A stretch of DNA of 64,000 bases, taken from a virus. Lineage: Duplodnaviria > Caudoviricetes. A model generated the notes under the pieces. It was given only the letters and a program-made list of their open reading frames with translations, ran no database searches and was not told the DNA's origin. The stretch lies in the IMG/VR virus record IMGVR_UViG_3300020049_006942. The stretch is one strand, 5' to 3'. The position numbers and the translations under genes are program-made. Shown here piece by piece: positions 57,701 to 64,000 of the stretch (position 1 is the first letter of the stretch; each line of letters opens with the position of its first letter).

Positions 57701-57878
57701 ATATTTCTTCGAACTCTGAGAGAGACGATACGTTTGTAGGTTCATCTGTTGGACCTTGTGGGGTAAATCCTGGTATAAATACATTTGTACCTACTGCATT
57801 AGTAGTGGATTGTGAAATGTCTCTTTCTTGGACTGCTATCCCTGGTGATTCCAATATAGAATTAAGTTTTGTTGCCAT
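54759..57878 (-). CDS. gp18: Tail sheath protein, T4 gp18-like (start reassigned to ATG 57878)
   Basis: SPGIAVQERDIS, GP..EP, FEEIFG.P, NPIV, ISVRR, NNVITR, VCDDRNN, VKPTR.VKFI. Confidence 0.95.
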   Translation of the reverse strand: MATKLNSILESPGIAVQERDISQSTTNAVGTNVFIPGFTPQGPTDEPTNVSSLSEFEEIFGIPSTPAEKYSHNAVKQILTTSNANITFTRMPYGSGGGLGYSDMVNTLIFPVIGLSAVEKNVCDYYRSVDEETCRVDFPWLYNSYFVSSSICYGSSNMECPLNSSDEDPGYLYIHDHPFEYNSILTGFKFVVDADSTQEQLRVFQLRPTVSGTTTTYNVVTSLNLSSIYASVDEDSTNLSNDSKRLLVNVSSSPYAQSFSITSGLLSGSSVSGIQVSAGDVFGTYSIASNPVLKYFNANTDVAASYKTTLTTLSTISAGATFSVTTTAIGATTQDFLIEFCGVPVEAGLSCATITALGLTIPEKDKYDFYPVGGDAQLNDANFYVLGEPISKTLNASEYQLLENEQFNWKCGAYANVEPTLDVTNNDIRAGIVVVNKLKTAQLEDFTGFYLALNDNLNVNPATNFDDITGVAGYYQEVCPGVSGEWVTVPEERWNFKVSETFDGTAGSITEIVHQNAGVEFGNSDYNDSLIMSLFKLRPTRLTKTINKLDQVRVEQFVGSLNADRKINDSFGGPARSYFLENTVNNSSNYLKVLVNPYLAKNNCWTDNTGKPQKTVRMFREKTAGVFDNFDAEATLQAYSDKLYGAGAYTGYCRDALYDLCYKKDVGNLPSKLERALRNVENPIEFPIDITIDNGLSTIWATRQAVNSDSCVTSTSICYNYDDTYYVNTDSLSPYDGTLMNSSIQDAWEVIYNIFDSFARYTRKSAGGTPHVHIQDPLRQIFVNGKDYKIVQRQKQMTLDPVTNQPTEKYATFGRNIYSYLRNLYQGISSSYSISYANWIKSYDSNTDSYSWFGPSAFAAALYSRNDRDQYPWTSQLGLANGVFANVNDLAINPNQRERDILSRIALNPIVREPSGTFAYNSVTLLKESSALNEISVRRGALWLAKSIQGNLSQFIGLPNNVITRTRIVNTLRPILQYMKDNGGLYDYLIVCDDRNNNSDSIDQGVLNIAVYVKPTRNVKFILVDLVITGSGVDFNELL

Positions 57879-57917
57879 ATAAGTAATACTTATATTTTTC
57901 AAGTAAAAACTAATTAA

Positions 57918-58556
57918 TTATAACAAACCCATTTTTATATAACTAAACTCAAAAGTAAAGTTTGACTCTAACTCTCCAGTGTCACGATAACTGGCGTTCA
58001 CACCGCCAAGAAGAGTCGGAAATGCATTGAAATAATCCCATTTGGCAACAGGATTCTCATATTCATCCAGTGCATATACAGTGCAGGTAGTAGAATAATC
58101 GCATAATTTACCTGATGAATCTCGGTTCAATTGTTTTCCGTCAAACTGTGAACTTTCGTCATCATTTTGAATATCCAGCCATTTATAAAGGATATAATAA
58201 TTATCAAATCTGTTATCTACTGTGAAATTTACATTCAGTGGTGGTAATGCGGGTCTTGACAGTCCTGAAAATTTCATAACTTGACCCGAATAAGGCACAT
58301 CAATTTTATTAATCTGTAACTCTGGAACTACAAATCCCCAAATACTCAGTTGTAGTCTATCTAAATTACCACCGTGACAAAATCTCGATTCTCTTCTTAA
58401 TAGAGGTTTGAGAATCGGTGGAACATCCATAATTAGACGGAATTTATCTTTCCGTGTTACGTTTAAATTACTCTGTTCGTCGGAATGATACCCAGGTACA
58501 ACCGTTACAGGTATAGGGCAAGATAGATCGGGAATAGTTGGTGGATTGTTTGCCAT
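57918..58556 (-). CDS. Tail tube-like protein (gp19/gp3 family)
   Basis: VVPE...I.VPY.G, LNVNFTVD..F.NY..LYKW, LDEYENP...F.NAFPT.L, FTF; upstream of the sheath. Confidence 0.75.
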   Translation of the reverse strand: MANNPPTIPDLSCPIPVTVVPGYHSDEQSNLNVTRKDKFRLIMDVPPILKPLLRRESRFCHGGNLDRLQLSIWGFVVPELQINKIDVPYSGQVMKFSGLSRPALPPLNVNFTVDNRFDNYYILYKWLDIQNDDESSQFDGKQLNRDSSGKLCDYSTTCTVYALDEYENPVAKWDYFNAFPTLLGGVNASYRDTGELESNFTFEFSYIKMGLL

Positions 58557-58565
58557 TTAATATAT

Positions 58566-60284
58566 TTATAAGAAATTCCACCCACCGTCGGCAACATGCA
58601 CTGGATAGTTACTATTAACTTTTACAGTACGATCATTTCCAAAATCAAATATGGCAGTATAAACATTGCCTCCGCCGATATCACGTATAGGTTTACTATC
58701 ACGTAATCCGTTTTTGAAATAACTGTCAGATAGGTATTGATTCGGGTCACTTATTTTGACTGGAGAACCTGCTTCATCATATTCTTCAACATCAAGATAG
58801 CGTTCGGCAATATCCTTTTTGAGAATAACCAGTGCCCACACTGTTGCCATAACCCTATCGTCATGATAACCTTTCTTTGCTGCCCATGTTTTATTTTCTT
58901 TTCGTGTAAATGATTCAAATTCTTGAACGGTGGGTAGATCATATATAGAAACTGTTTGTTTGGTTTCTACATAATATTTTAAGTTCTGAATACCACCATA
59001 TTTTGAATTTTGGTGACAGAAAATACCAGGGCTTTGATAAACACCGCGTTTATCATTTTGCATATTATAATTCACAATATTATCATAATTATGAACTTGT
59101 AGTAATGCATCAATAACTGTCCCGCCTTCCTTGTTTCGTTCAATACATAAAAACGGTCTTCCCCATGATCGTGCTGTTTGATTAAGCTTCTCTGCAAATA
59201 CCCAAGGTTGTATCTTATTAGATGCATAGGTTGCACAATGAAGAATATCTGTTGGATTGGTAATATCCATAACTTGTGCAACTGTGTAATCTTGTCCCAC
59301 ACCTTCTGAAATATCCACACCTATCGAGTAGATTCTCCCTGGTTCGGGATTTCTCCATATATAATAGGCACCATCATCAAATGAATATTCTGCCGGGGTA
59401 CACATCTCTTTTAGTTTATCAATAACCTGTTGGTTGATTGCTGCTGTTCCATTTTCTAAGAATTCAATCTCATATTCTTGCTTCCAAGTATCCATATCAT
59501 AGTTGATGGCTGCTAGATTGTCCTTAACCCATGCCTCACCACGGCCCGGTACATCTGAGTAATGGATTTTTATAGGACACCAGTTATTTTTCTTAGATTC
59601 TGCATCTTTCCATATTTCATAAAATTTTCCAACGGCTCCTTTAGGTGTTGAAACGAGAACTATCTTTGCTTCTGTAGAAGATGATACCGTAGGCATGACC
59701 GATTTGAAGAATCCTTCGACTATTTGTGTCTGAATGTGTGCAAACTCATCTACGAATAATAAATTAACAGATTTTCCACGAATACCGGACTCGGAAGTGG
59801 TTGAAATAAATATTTTTGAATTATTGGAAAATTTAACATTTTCATTGGTGAATACCGGGACACATGATTTTAACCAGTTAGGTAATTCTTCATAACCCAT
59901 TTTGATACGATCTAATAATTCTTTGGCCTGATCTTCTTTATTTGCTAAAATTGCTATTGTATAGTCTTCATTGAACAGTGCAGTCCATAAACATACTATA
60001 GTCATAAGGGTGGACTTGCCAATTTGACGGCTTGCACATATTATAGTTCTTTTGTTGTCTAATACTGCCTTGATTGCTCTTTTTTGTGCGGGATATAATT
60101 TTATCTTCTGTCTTGCAGGCTTCATATCCATCATAATGATGTGAAAGTAGTTTTCCGCGAAATAGATAATATCTTCCTCACATTTTTTCATCTCCATCAA
60201 TTGTTCAGCGGTATAGTCGTGAGTAATTTTAATCGGCAACGACTCATTATTATTCATGAACTTATCTGTATTCTTCTTTGCCAT
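58566..60284 (-). CDS. gp17: Terminase large subunit, T4 gp17-like
   Basis: KC..D..YFAENY, SRQIGKST, ILANK, RGKS..LLFVDEFAH, STPKG, QEYE..F, GVD.SEG.GQD, HDDRVMA. Confidence 0.96.
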   Translation of the reverse strand: MAKKNTDKFMNNNESLPIKITHDYTAEQLMEMKKCEEDIIYFAENYFHIIMMDMKPARQKIKLYPAQKRAIKAVLDNKRTIICASRQIGKSTLMTIVCLWTALFNEDYTIAILANKEDQAKELLDRIKMGYEELPNWLKSCVPVFTNENVKFSNNSKIFISTTSESGIRGKSVNLLFVDEFAHIQTQIVEGFFKSVMPTVSSSTEAKIVLVSTPKGAVGKFYEIWKDAESKKNNWCPIKIHYSDVPGRGEAWVKDNLAAINYDMDTWKQEYEIEFLENGTAAINQQVIDKLKEMCTPAEYSFDDGAYYIWRNPEPGRIYSIGVDISEGVGQDYTVAQVMDITNPTDILHCATYASNKIQPWVFAEKLNQTARSWGRPFLCIERNKEGGTVIDALLQVHNYDNIVNYNMQNDKRGVYQSPGIFCHQNSKYGGIQNLKYYVETKQTVSIYDLPTVQEFESFTRKENKTWAAKKGYHDDRVMATVWALVILKKDIAERYLDVEEYDEAGSPVKISDPNQYLSDSYFKNGLRDSKPIRDIGGGNVYTAIFDFGNDRTVKVNSNYPVHVADGGWNFL

Positions 60285-60338
60285 ATATAAAATACTTATA
60301 AAATAACAAAAATGTTAAAAGTTAAATAAATAAAAGAT

Positions 60339-61109
60339 ATGGAACAAGAAAACAATTTAACCGCAATTTATGAAGGCATGTACCGTACCCCTGGTGCTGT
60401 AATCAAGGAACAAGCAAATTCTCACGAAGTAATCGAAGAAGCACGTAAATCTAAGAAAAAGAAATTCAAAGGAAAGAAACGTTCCAGCGATGACTCTATG
60501 ATAGGTGCCATTGAACAAGTTAATAGTTCATATAGCTTTGACAACGTATTCGGCAAAGTTCTTCGCGAGATGGAAGAAATGGGCGGCGATTTCGGTGGTG
60601 AAGACGATGGAAATGTTTTCGATGCTGGTGAAGGATATGAAGATGATTTCACTGGTGGTGGCGATGCAGAAAGCATCCTAAGATCAATTTATGATCAGCT
60701 TGCAGAATATTTCGAAGGTGGTGATGAAGATGAATTTGGTGATGAAGAGGGTGATGACTTCGACTTTGAAGGAGATATCGACGAAGGTGACGACATCCCA
60801 CAAGAATCCTTCACATCTGGTGAAGGTAATCCAAAGGGTAATTTCGACGGAAAAGCTCGTAAACAGCCAAAAACTACTCATGTAAAAGATAATGGTGATG
60901 TTAAATTCGACCAGCAAGACACTGGATATGATCCAGAAGATGTCGAAGGTTCGGAAGGCTCCGAACACGGTGCCCAAGGTAATTATGATGGAAAGGCTCG
61001 TGCGCTTCCTAAAACTAACCACGTCAAGGGTAACGGTGATGCCGATTTCTCAAAAGCGAAAACAGGTATCAAAACCTCAACAGGTAAGAAAGATAAAAAC
61101 TACTTCTAA
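60339..61109 (+). CDS. Acidic prohead-core/internal protein with duplicated C-terminal motif
   Basis: LTAIYE^ tag, D/E-rich middle, two GN[FY]DGKAR..PKT.HVK.NGD..F repeats; own promoter and terminator. Confidence 0.65.
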   Translation: MEQENNLTAIYEGMYRTPGAVIKEQANSHEVIEEARKSKKKKFKGKKRSSDDSMIGAIEQVNSSYSFDNVFGKVLREMEEMGGDFGGEDDGNVFDAGEGYEDDFTGGGDAESILRSIYDQLAEYFEGGDEDEFGDEEGDDFDFEGDIDEGDDIPQESFTSGEGNPKGNFDGKARKQPKTTHVKDNGDVKFDQQDTGYDPEDVEGSEGSEHGAQGNYDGKARALPKTNHVKGNGDADFSKAKTGIKTSTGKKDKNYF

Positions 61110-61127
61110 TAAAATTTTAGAATAATC

Positions 61128-61160
61128 AAAAGGCCGAGATTTGTTTCTCGGCCTTTTTTT
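61128..61160 (+). terminator. Rho-independent terminator
   Basis: AAAAGGCCGAGA-loop-TCTCGGCCTTTTTTT. Confidence 0.88.
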
Positions 61161-61183
61161 ATTTTGTATATAAATACCACTAT

Positions 61184-61846
61184 ATGCCTTACTATATTCC
61201 TAATACTGTGTCCAAAACGACATGTTTAGGTAATTCTCTTTCAACGTTTAACATCAGCTTTACGGCATTGGATACAAATATCCATAATTTATCAGTATAC
61301 ACACCATTACCGATGAACTATCTAAGTTCTACTATGGTAAGTGTTAGTAGCGAATTAACTACAAAAATAAATTATTTAAGTTCTACTATGGTAAGTGTTA
61401 GTGGACAATTGAATACAATTGTATTCAATACCAGTTCTTCTATAATGAACGAAATGCTCTCTTTAAGTAATTATACATTGGTATTAAGTTCTTATGTAAG
61501 CTATGTTTCCGCTAACGTTATTAATGATTATGTTAGACAAGGAAATCTAAGAGTTCCTACCGGAGGAGGCACTGTTAATTGGGATTTTAGTACTGTTGGT
61601 ACGAATGCAAAACTTCCTTTAACAGCTAATGCAGTAATTGCAAATCCAACTTCTTTATCGGCTGGTCAAGCAGGAAATTTGGTTGTACAAATAGGCGGGG
61701 TAGCCGGAATGGATATAACGTCATACGGCTCTTTATGGACATTTACGGGATACGTGTCATCATTAAACACTGCTGCCAATGCCACAAACATAATATCATA
61801 TTATTATGATGGAATTAGCCTGTTTTCGAATGTAGTGAATTTTTAA
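61184..61846 (+). CDS. Fibre-like virion protein
   Basis: CLGNSL..FN N-terminus, coiled-coil with NYLSSTMVSVS duplication, C-terminal beta domain; late promoter. Confidence 0.65.
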   Translation: MPYYIPNTVSKTTCLGNSLSTFNISFTALDTNIHNLSVYTPLPMNYLSSTMVSVSSELTTKINYLSSTMVSVSGQLNTIVFNTSSSIMNEMLSLSNYTLVLSSYVSYVSANVINDYVRQGNLRVPTGGGTVNWDFSTVGTNAKLPLTANAVIANPTSLSAGQAGNLVVQIGGVAGMDITSYGSLWTFTGYVSSLNTAANATNIISYYYDGISLFSNVVNF

Positions 61847-61850
61847 ATAT

Positions 61851-63017
61851 ATGAGTTTACCCTTTCCATTTGCATCCAAGCCGACTTTCACAACTCCTAA
61901 GAATTATTTTGAAGTGGCCCCTGATATTAGTTACCCATATTTCGCACGTAATGGGGCGAAAATATTAATTCTTCCCAGCGGAGATTTTGTTTTATATGGG
62001 TCTAATAATCATAGGTGTCGTATGATGAAATTTCATATAAACGGGACAGTTGATGCTTCGTTTAGTTTATATAATCAAAACATGTCGTCTGAGATCACGG
62101 CGGCGGTGTTTGATTCTGTTAATAACCGATATATAATTGGGTGTACGGGTGGAAGTGCTTTAACTGTGCGTGTGTTAGATGTTAACGGTAATTTAATAGA
62201 TGAGGATTCGGCGCTTATATACTATGACGGTACAAATTATATAACAAAAATATTAATTATGCCAGATACTGATGTATTGGTATGTCATAGCGGTGGTTCG
62301 TTTGGAGCCAATTCTGCTGTTAGTAAACTAGAAGTTGATGTTGATGGGTTGTTGATTGGGCACAGGGCAGGTTTCACATGTCTTACTAGTTATGTGTATA
62401 GTGCTCATTTAGTTGATTCTGGTACTTTCGGAGGTGATGTGATATTCGTCGGGGGGTTTAACTCTACGAATGCTACGACTGCTCCCCGAGTAAATTTGAT
62501 ATCAAATACGGGTTCCCTTATAGGGGTCGGATCAGGCTTTACAGAAAATGTCAGAGTTGGGGCGGGAAATATGCCGGGGGATACAATATTTGATGTAGAT
62601 ATAGACGCCGATAATAAGATATTATTGGTTGGAAATTTCATAACAGAATCACCAGCAGTTGTTCGAAAGGGAATTATGAGATTGAACACTGATGGGACCA
62701 TTGACACATCGTTGGTTGATACAGATATAACTACAAGCATATCACAAGTACTATCATTATCAGGCGGTTCCATATTAATAACTGGAAATTCTATGCTATC
62801 AGGCGGATCGTCAACTATATCCAAAATAGTTAAATTAACATCTAATGGTGGGCATGATAATTCATTTATACCTTTCGGCAAAGTGTCACCTAATGCAATT
62901 ACACATTCTGCATATGATGATATTCATAATAGAATATATCTCATAGGATCGTTTACCGCCGTAAACAATATAAATATAACAAGTTTTGCAAAAATAAATA
63001 TCAGCGGTTTTTCGTAA
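61851..63017 (+). CDS. Delta-60 (DUF5122-like) beta-propeller protein
   Basis: DNKILLVGNF...IMRLNTDGTIDTS and related repeats. Confidence 0.75.
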   Translation: MSLPFPFASKPTFTTPKNYFEVAPDISYPYFARNGAKILILPSGDFVLYGSNNHRCRMMKFHINGTVDASFSLYNQNMSSEITAAVFDSVNNRYIIGCTGGSALTVRVLDVNGNLIDEDSALIYYDGTNYITKILIMPDTDVLVCHSGGSFGANSAVSKLEVDVDGLLIGHRAGFTCLTSYVYSAHLVDSGTFGGDVIFVGGFNSTNATTAPRVNLISNTGSLIGVGSGFTENVRVGAGNMPGDTIFDVDIDADNKILLVGNFITESPAVVRKGIMRLNTDGTIDTSLVDTDITTSISQVLSLSGGSILITGNSMLSGGSSTISKIVKLTSNGGHDNSFIPFGKVSPNAITHSAYDDIHNRIYLIGSFTAVNNINITSFAKINISGFS

Positions 63018-63294
63018 TCTCAATACATAGACTGTATACGGCCTTTATAAGGTCTTCGAATTCCATATTCTTTATACGAATACCTTGTTTATAGATGTTT
63101 TTGTATAACGGTATAACTACGCCGCCTTCTTCATTGGCAAGAATTATATGTTCCTCTGTTATTTTATAATCGTTTATAAATGGCTTGAATAGGTCTTTCT
63201 CATATTCTTCACGCTTCTCATTATACAATGAGTAGAATATCATGTCATCGTCATGAACATAACAGAATCCATTTATAATTTTATTTGGTTTCAT
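63001..63294 (-). CDS. Hypothetical protein (likely start MKPNKII)
   Basis: ORF overlapping the end of the upstream minus-strand gene; start uncertain. Confidence 0.5.
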   Translation of the reverse strand: MKPNKIINGFCYVHDDDMIFYSLYNEKREEYEKDLFKPFINDYKITEEHIILANEEGGVVIPLYKNIYKQGIRIKNMEFEDLIKAVYSLCIEITKNR

Positions 63295-63535
63295 TTTTCT
63301 TTTTGGCGAGAATCTTTTCAAAGTCCACGTACTTCTTGGCACATTTAGGACAGACTTCATAATGTTTATGCGTTAGATTATAATGAAGATAGAATCTCCC
63401 ATAACATTTTTTACACGAAGAGGGTGGTCGTTCTTTTAATGGTATTTGAAAAGCATCGAGAATTTTTTCTTCATCGGGGGTTGCTTCGTATATATTTCCA
63501 CCAAAAACAGAGAAGTATAATGAGGTATTGGTCAT
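63281..63535 (-). CDS. Zinc-ribbon hypothetical protein
   Basis: CKKCYGR...CPKC. Confidence 0.65.
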   Translation of the reverse strand: MTNTSLYFSVFGGNIYEATPDEEKILDAFQIPLKERPPSSCKKCYGRFYLHYNLTHKHYEVCPKCAKKYVDFEKILAKKKNETK

Positions 63536-63536
63536 A

Positions 63537-63770
63537 TTATTCAAATTTTATTTCTAATATATTATCAAAAAGTTTAGAAGGAAATATTTTATTAACTTCG
63601 ATTATATGTTTCACTTTTCGTAATTGTTCAGCTTGTGAATTTCTAAAGAATGTCTTCAATCTGTAGTCAAAGTATAATATACCATCGTCTTCGTGCTCTT
63701 CTATACCAAAGGGAAATGGTATTTTTATAATGTCAATCTTTTTAGTTTTTTCTATTAAGAATTCAAAATA
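63537..63770 (-). pseudogene. 5'-truncated gene fragment
   Basis: Open frame YFEFLIEKTKKIDIIKIPFPFGIEE...LYFDYRL...ILEIKFE* has no ATG and is preceded by in-frame TAA stops in an AT-only tract. Confidence 0.45.
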
Positions 63771-64000
63771 TTATTTTTATTTAATATTTATAATTAATTA
63801 AATAATTATTTTTCAGCTTTTCACTGAAAATACATAGTGAACAAAATTTTTAATGCTGCCTCGGTGGCAATTCCTTGTCCACCAAATGCAAGTTTTAAGG
63901 CAAAATGGGCACAATCCGAACCTGTCTTTGAGATCCAAGGATTTCGTTGAGGAGTATTAAATACAATTGTAAAGGCTATTCGATATTATATTATAACACT

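Noticed and set aside
61319-61402. 30-bp direct repeat as a DGR or other mobile signature
   Set aside because: It is an in-frame coding duplication (NYLSSTMVSVS) in a coiled-coil; no reverse transcriptase or adenine-specific variation
1-64000. Alternative genetic code (stop-codon reassignment, as in some large phages)
   Set aside because: Core genes are full length in the standard code, and TAG and TGA both end genes (for example 3507, 18066, 23696)
1-64000. CRISPR array
   Set aside because: No regularly spaced repeat-spacer series was seen; the repeats found are pairs or coding duplications

Overview
A 64-kb segment of a large T4-like myovirus (tailed dsDNA phage) using the standard genetic code. 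Positions 1-6.1 kb form an early-type region with small ORFs, sigma70-type promoters, two tRNAs, an HNH endonuclease, long structured non-coding stretches and a GC-richer DUF932-family gene. The 5' leader of that DUF932 gene contains a twister-ribozyme-like element (4773-4828). From 6.6 kb onward is an AT-rich late region. It holds homologues of T4 gp6, 13, 14, 15, 16, 17, 18, 19, 20, 21, 22, 23 and 25 in scrambled order on both strands, plus fibre/baseplate proteins, a GT8-like glycosyltransferase and sulfotransferase pair, MoxR AAA + VWA/DUF2201, thioredoxin, a Cys-based phosphatase, two Hef-like endonucleases and putative dispersed lysis genes. Main observations: (1) about 30 late genes have a TAAATA/TAAGTA box only 5-9 nt before the start codon, and several sigma70 promoters do the same, implying near-universal leaderless mRNAs; (2) about 14 unrelated proteins share a capsid-targeting-like N-terminal tag, mostly ending in a (I/L/V)-x-E protease site, and several lie in repeat-bounded cassettes, including an ADP-ribosyltransferase-like gene flanked by a 46-bp direct repeat and a 1274-aa protein with 8 diverged repeats; (3) a ribozyme that would release a ~160-nt structured RNA; (4) a TM+PAS holin-like protein; (5) a portal carrying a 130-aa scaffold-like insertion. 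All calls come from motif recognition by eye; no database searches were run.
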